A stretch of 64,000 bases of DNA from Candidatus Geohabitans tengchongensis (GTDB taxonomy: Bacteria > Sysuimicrobiota > Sysuimicrobiia > Sysuimicrobiales > Humicultoraceae), in contig JAVKIH010000003.1 in assembly GCA_031459625.1 (NCBI GenBank), positions 65,199-129,198 of the forward strand. Direction: 5' to 3'. A program made the translations under genes and the position numbers. This document shows positions 19,962 to 29,907 of the stretch, piece after piece; the stretch's first letter is position 1, and each line of letters starts with the position of its first letter. The notes beneath the pieces are model-generated. The model was not told where the DNA came from, searched no databases, and saw nothing but the letters and a program-made list of their open reading frames with translations.

Positions 19962-19974
19962 AGCCCCGGCCCAC

Positions 19975-20661
19975 ATGCTGATGGCCCGGCCCTACGAGGT
20001 CCTCACCTTCGACTGCTACGGGACCCTGATCGATTGGGAGCGCGGCATCGGGGAGGCCTTCGCCCGGGCGGCCGCCGCCCGGGGCCGGGAGGTCGACCGG
20101 CAGCGGGTGCTGGCCCTCTACGCCGAGGTGGAGCCGCAGGTGCAGGCCGAGGCATACCGCCCCTACCGGGAGGTGCTGGCGGAGGCGGCCGTGCGCGTGG
20201 CCGCCCGCCTGGGTTGGACGCTGCCGCATGGCGAGGCCGGCTTCCTGGCCGACAGCCTGCCCGCCTGGCCGCCCTTTCCCGACACCGCCCCTGCCCTCCA
20301 GCGCCTCGCCCGGGCGGGCTACCGTCTGGGCATCCTCTCGAACGTGGACGACGACCTCCTGGCCGCGACGCTGCGCCACCTGCCGGTCCGGTTCGACCTG
20401 CTCGTCACGGCGCAGCAGGTGCGCGCCTACAAGCCGGCACCGACCCACTTCGAGGCGGCGCGGCGGTGGGTGGGCGACCGCGCCTGGCTCCACGTGGCCC
20501 AGAGCGCCTTCCACGACGTGGCCCCGGCCCGGCGGCTCGGGATTCCGGTGGTCTGGGTCAACCGCAAGGGCGAGCGCCTCCCCGACGGGAGCGCGCCGCC
20601 GGAGCGGGAGGTGCGCACGCTCACGGAGCTCGCGGACTGGCTGGCGGGTGAGGGCGGGTAG
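19975..20661 (+). CDS. HAD superfamily hydrolase (haloacid dehalogenase-like)
   Basis: FDCYGTLIDW, LSN, YKP, HVAQSAFHD motifs. Confidence 0.9.
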   Translation: MLMARPYEVLTFDCYGTLIDWERGIGEAFARAAAARGREVDRQRVLALYAEVEPQVQAEAYRPYREVLAEAAVRVAARLGWTLPHGEAGFLADSLPAWPPFPDTAPALQRLARAGYRLGILSNVDDDLLAATLRHLPVRFDLLVTAQQVRAYKPAPTHFEAARRWVGDRAWLHVAQSAFHDVAPARRLGIPVVWVNRKGERLPDGSAPPEREVRTLTELADWLAGEGG

Positions 20662-20676
20662 AGTCCGATGGCAACC

Positions 20677-21297
20677 TCAGGAGGCGAAGCGGCGGATCAG
20701 CCCGACGACCTTCCCCTCGATGACCACGTCCTTCGTGATGATGGGGGCCATGCGGGAGTTCTCCGGCTGGAGCCGCACGACGCCGTTCTCCCGGTAGAAG
20801 CGCTTGACCGTGGCTTCGTCCTCCAGGCGGGCGACGACGATATCGCCGTTCTGCGCCGTGGGCTGCTTGCGCACGATCACGTAGTCCCCGTCGAAAATGC
20901 CGGCCTCGACCATGCTGTCGCCGCGCACGCGCAGCATGAAGCACCCTTCCCCGTCGCGCAGGAACCCACTGGGGAGGGGGAAGTAGTCCTCGATGTTCTC
21001 CTCGGCCAGCAGCGGCCCGCCGGCAGCCACGCGCCCCACCACCGGAATGGGGATGAGCCGCTTAGGCGGATGGGCGCGCTCGTCACGCAGCACCTCGATG
21101 GCGCGGGGTTTGCTCGGGTCCCGGTGGAGGTAGCCTTTTCGGGACAGGGCGGCGAGGTGGCTGTGGACGGTGCTGCTGCTGGTCAGGCCGAGGGCCTGAC
21201 CGATCTCGCGGACGGACGGCGGGTAGCCGTGCGTCTCGGTGTAGCGCTGGATGAATGACAGGATCTCGGCCTGGCGGCGGGTGAGACCTCGGCCCAT
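20677..21297 (-). CDS. lexA: SOS repressor LexA
   Basis: [16 protein letters not shown] cleavage site, GDSM Ser and TVKR Lys. Confidence 0.97.
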   Translation of the reverse strand: MGRGLTRRQAEILSFIQRYTETHGYPPSVREIGQALGLTSSSTVHSHLAALSRKGYLHRDPSKPRAIEVLRDERAHPPKRLIPIPVVGRVAAGGPLLAEENIEDYFPLPSGFLRDGEGCFMLRVRGDSMVEAGIFDGDYVIVRKQPTAQNGDIVVARLEDEATVKRFYRENGVVRLQPENSRMAPIITKDVVIEGKVVGLIRRFAS

Positions 21298-21333
21298 GAG
21301 GTAAGCACCTCCTGTCCCGGGAACGGCGGAGAC

Positions 21334-21373
21334 AGTCTACCACGGGCGGGAGGACAAGGCAAACAGGTGTTCG
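21334..21373 (-). promoter_or_regulatory. lexA promoter (TTGCCT-17-TAGACT) overlapped by an SOS box
   Basis: -10 at 21334-39 with TG extension, -35 at 21357-62; CAAAC-AGGT-GTTCG at 21360-73 is one mismatch from the Gram-positive CGAAC-N4-GTTCG box. Confidence 0.75.
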
Positions 21374-21394
21374 CAGGGCGGAACAGGCGGTGGC

Positions 21395-22339
21395 TTACCG
21401 CCCGCCCGGGAAGCGCAGCTCCCGCCGCACCACCTCCAGCAGCCGGTCGGCGGCCACCGCGGTGTAGATGCGGGTGGTCCGCGGGTCGCGGTGCCGCAGC
21501 AGGTCCTGGATGTACTCCAGCGGCACGCCGCGGTCGGCCAGGTGGACCCCGACCGTGTGCCGCAGCGCGTGGAAGCTCAGCGGACGCGAAATCCCGGCGG
21601 CCTGCAGGTAGCCGCGCAGGATGCGCTCGGCGCTGAAGTAGTGGAGGCCGCGCCGGCGCCGTGGCGGCAGCGCGGTGAAGACGTAGGGGTGCGGGACCCG
21701 GGGCCGCACCGCGAGCCAGGCCAGGAGCGCCGCCACCGCCTCAGGCGTCACCGGCTGGAGGTAGGTGCCGCCGCCTTTGCCGCGCACCCGCACCTGGCCG
21801 CGGTCGAGGAAGAGGTCGTCCAGCCGCAGCCCCACCACCTCGGAGACGCGCAACGAGCTTAGCCCCAGCTCGACGAGGGCCCGGTCGCGCCGCCCCGCCG
21901 GCGTGTCGGGGATGGCGGCGCGCAGCGCGCCCACCTCCTCCGGACGCAGGAAGCCCGGGACGTACTGGCTGGCCACGCGGGGCAGGCGTACCTCCGCCGT
22001 CGGGTCGGCCGTCACGCGGCCGGTGGCCACGAGGTAGGCGTAGAACTGCCGCAGGGCCACCAGGCGCCGCATCCGGCTGCGCGGGGCGAGCCCGGCCCGC
22101 TGCATGGCGTGGGTGTAGGCCCGGACGTCGTCGGGCCGCGCGGCGGTCAGGGGACGCCGCAGCCACTCGGCGAACTGCCGCACGTCCACGAGGTAGCCGG
22201 CGATGGTGCGCTCGGCGCGGTTCTGTGCGGCCAGCTCGTCGGCCCACTCGGCGAGCAGCGGCGGGAGCGGCCGTCCCCCGGGACCCCGAACCCGGGGCGG
22301 GGGGGAGGGGCGGCGACGGGAGGGGCGGCGGAGCGGCAT
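21395..22339 (-). CDS. XerC/XerD-family tyrosine recombinase
   Basis: SAM-like N-domain; catalytic R (LRVSE), K (GKGG), HALRH, LLRH, TRIY. Confidence 0.92.
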   Translation of the reverse strand: MPLRRPSRRRPSPPPRVRGPGGRPLPPLLAEWADELAAQNRAERTIAGYLVDVRQFAEWLRRPLTAARPDDVRAYTHAMQRAGLAPRSRMRRLVALRQFYAYLVATGRVTADPTAEVRLPRVASQYVPGFLRPEEVGALRAAIPDTPAGRRDRALVELGLSSLRVSEVVGLRLDDLFLDRGQVRVRGKGGGTYLQPVTPEAVAALLAWLAVRPRVPHPYVFTALPPRRRRGLHYFSAERILRGYLQAAGISRPLSFHALRHTVGVHLADRGVPLEYIQDLLRHRDPRTTRIYTAVAADRLLEVVRRELRFPGGR

Positions 22340-22411
22340 CAGCGCGTCGGCGGCGGTCGGTCGTCGGTCTGGTCGCCGGAGAGATTCGCCCCGGCCGGGC
22401 CGATCTCCTTC

Positions 22412-22439
22412 ATGTGATATAACGGCTCTTGTGCAACAT
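22412..22439. other. dif-like 28-bp recombination site (11-6-11)
   Basis: Minus strand reads ATGTTGCACAA-GAGCCG-TTATATCACAT; right arm matches the E. coli XerD arm TTATGTTAAAT at 8/11. Confidence 0.65.
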
Positions 22440-22578
22440 TGACTCGCCCCGGGGCGAGCCCTCTCCGTATGATCGGGGAGGCGGCGGGCGGGCACTGTGA
22501 TCGGGAGGCGGCGAGCTGGCGGGCGCCGGGGCCTCCCGGGCCCGGCCGCTCCGGGGTCCGTCGGAGCCGGGCATCCCT

Positions 22579-23016
22579 ATGACGCGCGAGGAAGCCGTCG
22601 TCCTGTACGGCCGGGCCTTCACGTTCCGCTTCTACGACCGCCCCGACCTGCAGCGGGTCGAGGTGGAGATCCTGGAAGGCAGCGGCGCCCAGGCCCGCCG
22701 CTACGTCCGCGTGCGCGTGCGCGGCCGCACCACCGATGAGGCGCGGGACCGCGCCCTGGACGTCCTCCACCACCACGCCGGGTTGGACCGCTACCTGGCG
22801 CTCGTCCAGCGCGCGGTCGACCGGCTGGCCCCGGGCTCCCGCCTCGACGTCTCCGAGAACGCCCGGGAGATCCAGGTCGACCTGCAGGGCCCCTGGGCGC
22901 TTGACCCGCCGCTCATCCTGGTGCAGGAGGACGCCCTCGACCACGAGCGGACCGACGAGGAGCTGACCGCCTTCATCGAGGCCCACCTGCGGGCCTACCT
23001 CCAGCGGCGTGGCTAG
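22579..23016 (+). CDS. Hypothetical protein
   Basis: ATG start, host-like codon usage, no recognisable motif. Confidence 0.7.
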   Translation: MTREEAVVLYGRAFTFRFYDRPDLQRVEVEILEGSGAQARRYVRVRVRGRTTDEARDRALDVLHHHAGLDRYLALVQRAVDRLAPGSRLDVSENAREIQVDLQGPWALDPPLILVQEDALDHERTDEELTAFIEAHLRAYLQRRG

Positions 23017-23140
23017 CGCCACCCTCCCGAGCAGCGGGCCTGGTCGTGGCGCGGAGGAGGATCATCAACACCCCCGAGGGCCCGTCTCACCGGTCAACCC
23101 TGGCGGGCATGGACCTGTCAGGATGCCCGTGGAAGGACCG

Positions 23141-23524
23141 TTGCGTCTCCCTCGTCGTGCAGCCGTCGGCCTGGCCATCGCCCTGGTCGGCGTGCTGGCT
23201 ACCGCCTGCCTGGGCGGCCTGGCTCCCCCGCCGCTCCGCCGCGGCATGGTCCGCGAGCGCACCGTCACCATCCGCGTGGAGGGCACGCCGGGCCTGCCCT
23301 TCGAGGGGAGCTACGGCACGCCCACCGCCACCCGTCCCGTCCAGGGGCGCGTCCCGGCCGCCTACACCGTCACCACGGCGGTGGCCGTCACCGCCGCCTT
23401 CACCAAGGCCAACGCCGAGGGGGAGCTCGTCGTGCGCCTCCTCCTGGACGGCCACGAGGTGGCCCGCCGTGCCACGCGCCACCCCTACGGCACGGTGACC
23501 CTCCTCTACCAGGTCATGCGGTAA
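23141..23524 (+). CDS. Small hypothetical lipoprotein
   Basis: GGAAGGA before TTG 23141; lipobox LATAC. Confidence 0.65.
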   Translation: MRLPRRAAVGLAIALVGVLATACLGGLAPPPLRRGMVRERTVTIRVEGTPGLPFEGSYGTPTATRPVQGRVPAAYTVTTAVAVTAAFTKANAEGELVVRLLLDGHEVARRATRHPYGTVTLLYQVMR

Positions 23525-23645
23525 TTCACCGCCGGCCCACCACCCGGGTGACGGATGATGGGCCGGCCCGGGCCAGCATCCCAGGTCAGGCGGCAATTGA
23601 CCGCCGCCGGCCCGGCGCCTAGAGTCAGGGTGACAGCACCGAAGG

Positions 23646-23820
23646 CTCGCAGCCCTTCGGGGCAGGGTGAGGCTTCACCCCTTGCGGGCGAGGCCAATTC
23701 CCGATCGGCGGTGACAGCCCGTGAGGTCCTGCCGGCTGTGGCGCAGGCCGGGCCGGTGGGACCGTGGCTCGGTGGAATTCCGAGGCCGACGGTACAGTCC
23801 GTATGAGGCAGGGCTGCGAG
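23646..23820 (+). ncRNA. FMN-riboswitch-like (RFN) element, variant
   Basis: 11-bp P1 ctcgcagccct/agggctgcgag; CTTCGGGGCAGGGTGA, AATTCCCGA, GGTGACAGCCC, GGTGGAATTCC, GCCGACGGTACAGTCCG blocks in RFN order. Confidence 0.9.
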
Positions 23821-23841
23821 ACCAGGCGCCTGCATGCCCCG

Positions 23842-23874
23842 GAGACGCCCGCGTTCGGGCGTCTCTCCTTTTCC
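23842..23874 (+). terminator. Expression-platform hairpin upstream of pdxS
   Basis: gagacgccc/gggcgtctc stem followed by tccttttcc. Confidence 0.6.
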
Positions 23875-23898
23875 AGGCGTCGGGGGGAGGGATGTGTG

Positions 23899-24801
23899 AT
23901 GGTGGTGGACGCCGCCCCGGTGCGGCCGGGGACGGAGCGGGTGAAGCGGGGCCTCGCCCAGATGCTCAAGGGCGGGGTGATCATGGACGTCACGACCGCC
24001 GAGCAGGCCCAGATCGCCGAGGAGGCGGGCGCGGTGGCGGTGATGGCGCTCGAACGGGTCCCCGCCGACATCCGGGCCGAAGGCGGCGTGGCGCGCATGG
24101 CCGACCCGCGGCGCATCCGGGAGATCATGGAGGCGGTGACCATCCCCGTGATGGCCAAGGTGCGCATCGGCCACTTCGTCGAGGCCCAGATCCTGGAGGC
24201 GCTGGGCGTCGACTTCATCGACGAGAGCGAGGTGCTGACGCCGGCCGACGAGCACCACCACATCGACAAGCGGGCGTTCACGGTCCCCTTCGTCTGCGGG
24301 GCACGCGACCTGGGCGAGGCCCTGCGCCGCATCGGGGAGGGCGCGGCGATGATCCGCACCAAGGGTGAGGCGGGCTCGGGCAACGTGGTGGAGGCCGTCC
24401 GCCACATGCGCCTGGTGCTGGGCGGCATCCGGCGCCTGCAGGCCCTGGCCGACGAGGAGCTGATGACGGCGGCGAAGGAGCTCGGCGCCCCCTACGCGCT
24501 GGTCCTGGAGACCCGGCAGCTCGGCCGCCTCCCCGTGGTGAACTTCGCCGCCGGCGGCATCGCCACGCCCGCCGACGCCGCCCTGATGATGCAGCTCGGC
24601 GCCGACGGCGTCTTCGTCGGCTCCGGGATCTTCAAGTCCGCGGACCCCCGCCGCCGCGCCCGGGCCATCGTCGACGCGGTCGCGCACTACCGGGAGCCGG
24701 GGGTGCTCGCCGAGGTCTCGGCCGGGCTGGGCGAGCCCATGCGCGGGCTCGACCTGCGCCGCCTGCCCGAAGCGGAGCTGCTGCAGGTGCGGGGAGTGTG
24801 A
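23899..24801 (+). CDS. pdxS: Pyridoxal 5'-phosphate synthase lyase subunit
   Basis: [43 protein letters not shown]. Confidence 0.98.
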   Translation: MVVDAAPVRPGTERVKRGLAQMLKGGVIMDVTTAEQAQIAEEAGAVAVMALERVPADIRAEGGVARMADPRRIREIMEAVTIPVMAKVRIGHFVEAQILEALGVDFIDESEVLTPADEHHHIDKRAFTVPFVCGARDLGEALRRIGEGAAMIRTKGEAGSGNVVEAVRHMRLVLGGIRRLQALADEELMTAAKELGAPYALVLETRQLGRLPVVNFAAGGIATPADAALMMQLGADGVFVGSGIFKSADPRRRARAIVDAVAHYREPGVLAEVSAGLGEPMRGLDLRRLPEAELLQVRGV

Positions 24802-25382
24802 GGACGGTGCGCGTGGGCATCCTGGCGCTGCAGGGGGACGTCGCCGAACACGCCGCGGTGGTGCGGGCGTGCGGCGCCGAGAACCGGGAGGTGCGCCGGC
24901 CGGAAGACCTGGCGGGCGTGGAAGCGCTCATCATCCCCGGCGGCGAGTCCACCACCATCGGACGGCTGATGGCCCGGGTCGGCCTCGACGAGGCCATCCG
25001 CGAGCGGGTCGAGCAGGGGCTGCCAGTGCTGGGGACGTGTGCGGGGGCCATCCTCCTGGCCCGCGAGGCCCGCGGGGGCCGGCCTCCGCTGCTGGAGGTG
25101 ATGGACATCGCGGTGGCCCGCAACGCCTACGGTCGGCAGCGGGAGAGCTTCGAGGCGGACATCCACGTCCCGCCGCTCGGCTCCGCGCCGCTGCGGGTGG
25201 CGTTCATCCGGGCGCCGGTCATCGAGGCGGTGGGGCCGGCGGTCCAGGTGCTGGCCTCCTTTGGAGGGCAGCCGGTGCTGGTGCGCCAGGACCGCCTGCT
25301 GGCGGCCACCTTCCACCCCGAGGTGCTGGGGGAGACCGCCCTGCACCGGTACTTCCTCGAGACCGTCGTGCGGGCGGCCTGA
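24798..25382 (+). CDS. pdxT: Pyridoxal 5'-phosphate synthase glutaminase subunit
   Basis: GILALQG, PGGESTT, GTCAG, RNAYGRQ, FHPE. Confidence 0.98.
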   Translation: MRTVRVGILALQGDVAEHAAVVRACGAENREVRRPEDLAGVEALIIPGGESTTIGRLMARVGLDEAIRERVEQGLPVLGTCAGAILLAREARGGRPPLLEVMDIAVARNAYGRQRESFEADIHVPPLGSAPLRVAFIRAPVIEAVGPAVQVLASFGGQPVLVRQDRLLAATFHPEVLGETALHRYFLETVVRAA

Positions 25383-25393
25383 ACGTCCAGGCC

Positions 25394-26226
<833 letters not shown>

Positions 26227-26230
<4 letters not shown>

Positions 26231-26904
26231 GGCGCCGCACCTCCGCGGCGGGCCAGGGCGGCGTCCACCTGTGCCCGCAGCGCCCGCGCGGCTGCGGTGA
26301 TGTCCGCCTGGCCGACGACGGCGCGGATCACCGCCACGCCCGCCGCCCCGGCGGTGATGACCGCCGCCGCAGTGCCGGCATCGATCCCGCCGATGGCCAC
26401 CACGGGGATGCGCACCGCCTGCACCACCCGGCGCAGTCCCTCGAGGCCCACCACCGGGCCGGCGTCGGGCTTCGTCCGGGTGGGGAAGATCGGCCCCAGC
26501 GAGACATAGGTCGCCCCCTCCCGCTCCGCCTGTACCGCCTCCGCCACCGTGTCCACGGACCGCCCGATGACGCGTTCGGGACCCAGGTGGGCCCGCGCCC
26601 GGGCCAGGTCACCGTCGGCCTGGCCGAGGTGCACCCCATCGGCGTCACAGGCGCTGGCGACCTCGGGTCGGTCGTTCACCAGGAAGAGCACCCCGGCCTC
26701 CCGGGTGAGGCGCCGCAGCCGCCGGCCGATGGCCACGAGGGCATCGGGCGGCAGGGACTTGTCCCGCAACTGGACGGCCGTGGCTCCGCCGGCGATGGCC
26801 TGCGCCACCTGCTCCTCGTGGGAGCACCCGGCGAGGGCCCGGTCGGTAATCACGTAGAGCCTCAGGTCCACAGCCAGCCCGGTCCGCCCCATCCCGGTCT
26901 GCAC
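26227..26904 (-). CDS. thiE: Thiamine-phosphate synthase (start uncertain)
   Basis: LYVITD, VQLRDK, VNDR, GVHLGQ, PTRTK, VAIGGI. Confidence 0.95.
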
Positions 26905-26908
26905 GAAC

Positions 26909-27742
26909 TCACCCGCGATCGGTCAGACCTGCCGCCTCGCGGACCGCCGCGCCGTCGCGCACGCGCCCGGGATCGAGGCCAGCCAGCGCGTCCAGCAGGG
27001 CGGGACGGAAGCTCCCCGGTCCGCGTGCCCCCCTGGCGGCCTCCTCCGCGGCCAGCCCGAAAGCCACCAGCCCAGCCAGGGTGGCCACCACCGCGTCCGG
27101 CTCCACGGCGGCCACGGCGGCGACCACCGCCGTCACCATGTCCCCGCCCCCGGTGATGCGGGTGAGGAGCGGATGGCCGTGGACGACCGTCCAGGCCTGC
27201 GCCCCATCGCTCACGACGTCGTGCTCCCCGGTGGCGGCGACGACCGCCGCGCTCCGGTGCGCCAGCCGGCGTGCCGCTTCCAGCGGGTCGACCGGCGTCT
27301 CCCCGGATTCCACCCCGACCATGGTCGCCTCGAGACCGGCGAGCGTGGCGATCTCGGCCCGGTTGCCCCGGACGACCCGCACCCGCACCGCCTCCAACAG
27401 CCGGGCTGCGGCCGCGCGGCGGAAGCGGGTGGCGCCGCACCCCACCGGGTCGAGGATCACGGGGACGTCGTGGCGGTTGGCCGCCCGCCCGGCCGCCAGC
27501 AGCACGGCGAGCCGTTCCCGGGTGGGGGTGCCCAAGTTGAGGACCAGGGCCGCGGCCTGCGCCGCCACCTCCTCGACCTCCTCGCGCGCCTGGGCCATCA
27601 CCGGCCGGGCGCCGCAGGCCAGGGTGACGTCCGCGACGTCGCCGGCCGTGACGACGTTCGTCAGGTGGTGGACCAGGGGGCGCCGCCGGCGCACAGCGGC
27701 CCAGGCCTCGGCCAGCCGCGTCCCCGAGACTACCGTGGCCAC
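26909..27742 (-). CDS. thiM: Hydroxyethylthiazole kinase
   Basis: PLVHHLTNVV, GARPVMA, NLGT, LDPVG, RGNRAEI; occupies only the 3' part of the long listed ORF. Confidence 0.93.
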   Translation of the reverse strand: MATVVSGTRLAEAWAAVRRRRPLVHHLTNVVTAGDVADVTLACGARPVMAQAREEVEEVAAQAAALVLNLGTPTRERLAVLLAAGRAANRHDVPVILDPVGCGATRFRRAAAARLLEAVRVRVVRGNRAEIATLAGLEATMVGVESGETPVDPLEAARRLAHRSAAVVAATGEHDVVSDGAQAWTVVHGHPLLTRITGGGDMVTAVVAAVAAVEPDAVVATLAGLVAFGLAAEEAARGARGPGSFRPALLDALAGLDPGRVRDGAAVREAAGLTDRG

Positions 27743-29124
27743 ACGCCGCGCAGGAGCGCGTACGCCACCAGGGCGGCCAGGAAGCCCGGCACCGAGCCGC
27801 CCAGCCAGGGGACGACATCCCGCAGCGGGAAGGGCAACCCCACCGCCGTGAAGGCCGCGCGCAGCGCCCCCTCCCACCCCGGGAGGGCGGTGGGGGCGAT
27901 CCACTGGTAGACGAGGAAGCCCACGGCCCAGGCCACCAGACCGGGCAGGGAGACGCCGCGCCCCGCGCCCTCGGCGCGCCCCGCGCCGTCCGCAGCCGCC
28001 TGCGACAGGGGCGCGCGGGCTCGGCCGCCCGGCACGAAGTAGTCGGCCGCCAGTACGCCGAACAGCGGGACGAAGACGGCGCCGATGAGGAAGAGGAAGG
28101 CCTCGTAGGCGACCAGGTTCACGTTCACCGCCACGACGAAGCACAGCGTCCCCACGAGGACGATGAGGAGGCGCTGGGGGGCGCGCGGCAGGATGTTCTG
28201 CAGGCTGAGCGCCGTGGAGTAGATGTTGGCGAAGGCGTTGTCGGTCTCGTCCACGAGCAGCAGGAGGAGGGCCAGCGCGCCACCGGCGACGCTCAGCACC
28301 GCCGGGATCACCTCCTGGGTCCGCAGCGCCAGCACGAAGAGGGCCCCGAGCGCGTAGAACCACACGTTGGCCAGGAAGTAGCCCAGGTACGTCCCCCAGA
28401 ACGCCGCCGCCGGGCGCTGCGCGAAGCGGTTGTAGTCGGCCACGAGCGGCATCCAGGAGACCGGCATGGCCACCACCAGGTCCACGCCCAGCCAGAAGGG
28501 CAGCGCGCCCGTCCCCGGCCGGGCCAGCAAGGCCCGCAGGTCGTGGTGGGTGAGCAGGTAGCCGGTCAGGTAGAGGGTGGTGGCGTAGACGAGCCAGATG
28601 GCAAAGCGCTCCAGCCACCGGCGCACGACCACCAGCGGGCCGCCCAGCGCCAGCAGGGTGGCGATGGCGGCGAAGAGGAGCGCCCACAGCGCGGGGCGGT
28701 GCAGGCCAGTGAGCTGGCGGCTGATCGCATCGGCGGCCTGCGCCATGATGTAGACCTCGAAGGCCCCCCACCCGACCAGCTGGACCACGTTCAACACCGT
28801 GGGCAGGTAGGACCCGCGCAGCCCGAGCACCGGGCGCAGGAGGACCATCGTGGGGAGCGCGGTGCGGCTGCCGACGAGGCCGGTGAGGGCGAGCAGCAGG
28901 TTCCCGATGAGCGTGCCCAGCACGATGGCGCCCAGCGCCGCCCGGGGGCTCATCCCTGGCACCAGCAGGCCGCCCGCGGCCAGGACCAGCAGGCCGACGC
29001 CCAGGCTCGACCACAGGGCGAAGAAGTCGAGGAAACCCAGGCGGCGGTACGCCGCCGGGACCGGCTCGATGCCCCACGCCGGCGGGACCTGGAGGCGGGG
29101 ACGAGGCAGGGTGAGGACGCCCAC
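27730..29124 (-). CDS. NCS1/cytosine-permease family transporter, CytX-like (probable HMP uptake)
   Basis: WGIEPVP, SWMPLVADY motifs, about 12 TM segments; inside the thi operon. Confidence 0.85.
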   Translation of the reverse strand: MGVLTLPRPRLQVPPAWGIEPVPAAYRRLGFLDFFALWSSLGVGLLVLAAGGLLVPGMSPRAALGAIVLGTLIGNLLLALTGLVGSRTALPTMVLLRPVLGLRGSYLPTVLNVVQLVGWGAFEVYIMAQAADAISRQLTGLHRPALWALLFAAIATLLALGGPLVVVRRWLERFAIWLVYATTLYLTGYLLTHHDLRALLARPGTGALPFWLGVDLVVAMPVSWMPLVADYNRFAQRPAAAFWGTYLGYFLANVWFYALGALFVLALRTQEVIPAVLSVAGGALALLLLLVDETDNAFANIYSTALSLQNILPRAPQRLLIVLVGTLCFVVAVNVNLVAYEAFLFLIGAVFVPLFGVLAADYFVPGGRARAPLSQAAADGAGRAEGAGRGVSLPGLVAWAVGFLVYQWIAPTALPGWEGALRAAFTAVGLPFPLRDVVPWLGGSVPGFLAALVAYALLRGVWPR

Positions 29125-29162
29125 GTCAAACCGTCCCCGGGTCGGCTGCCCCCACCACAGCC

Positions 29163-29663
29163 TCACCCCCGCGCTCCGGTGGGCGCGGTCACGCCCGCGC
29201 GCTCCAGGGCCTTGAGCAGGAGCGTCCCCACCGCCGCGCCGGGGATCGAGCTGGCCAGGAAGGCCACCATGAGCGCCCCGAGCGGCAGCGCCTTGCCCAT
29301 GAAGGCGGGCGCCACGATGAGGGCGCCGACGGTGGCGCCCACGGGACCGGTGCCGAGCGGCTCGAGCAGCCCCACCCACGGCCGGCGCCACAGGCGGTAG
29401 GCGAAGCCGACGACGAGCGCCCCGGCCATCCCCCCGGGAAAGGCGAGCGGCGTGCCCACGCCCAGGGCGTTGCGCACGATGGCGGCCACCGTGGCGGCCA
29501 GGGCCGCGTACCACGGCCCCAGGGTGATGCCGGCCACCACGTTCACCATGTGTTGCCAGGGCAGGACCTTGGCGCCGGCGACCGGGATGGCACCGGGGAA
29601 GAACGAGAGGACCACCGGCAGCGCCGCGAAGAGCGCCGCCAGGACCAGCGGTCGCGCCTGCAT
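29163..29663 (-). CDS. thiW: ECF S-component ThiW (thiazole uptake)
   Basis: PWQHMVNV, LGPWY, RNALGVGTPLAFPG, EPLGTG motifs. Confidence 0.9.
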   Translation of the reverse strand: MQARPLVLAALFAALPVVLSFFPGAIPVAGAKVLPWQHMVNVVAGITLGPWYAALAATVAAIVRNALGVGTPLAFPGGMAGALVVGFAYRLWRRPWVGLLEPLGTGPVGATVGALIVAPAFMGKALPLGALMVAFLASSIPGAAVGTLLLKALERAGVTAPTGARG

Positions 29664-29689
29664 CGAGCATCCCCCCTCACGGGGGAAGC

Positions 29690-29720
29690 AAAAGCCGCCA
29701 GTCCACGCGCTACTGGCGGC
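29690..29720 (-). terminator. Intrinsic terminator of the TPP riboswitch
   Basis: Minus strand gccgccagt...actggcggc followed by tttt. Confidence 0.8.
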
Positions 29721-29722
29721 CT

Positions 29723-29820
29723 GCCTCTCCCCACGCCAGCATTACCTGGATCGGGTGCAACGGGTCGGCGTTGTCATCGGAACGCCCTCTCAGCCCGCCT
29801 CGTCGAGCTCCCCGGATGGC
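29723..29820 (-). ncRNA. TPP riboswitch
   Basis: Minus strand GGGAG...CTGAGA...ACCCGT...ACCCGATCCAGGTAATGCTGGCGTGGGGA; upstream of thi operon. Confidence 0.95.
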
Positions 29821-29907
29821 TATGCAGTTGTCCCGTCCTTACGGTAGCAGTGCGCTGCGCTCCTGGCAATCCTCCCGCCCCGGGACGCGCACGGGTCCGC
29901 GCCCGCG

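Noticed and set aside
21395..23524. Prophage or integrative element around lexA and the tyrosine recombinase
   Set aside because: No phage, excisionase or conjugation genes and no att repeats; lexA is a canonical SOS repressor.
23671..23695. Extra hairpin in loop 2 of the FMN-like RNA as a novelty by itself
   Set aside because: An additional stem-loop at this position is already known in some RFN elements.
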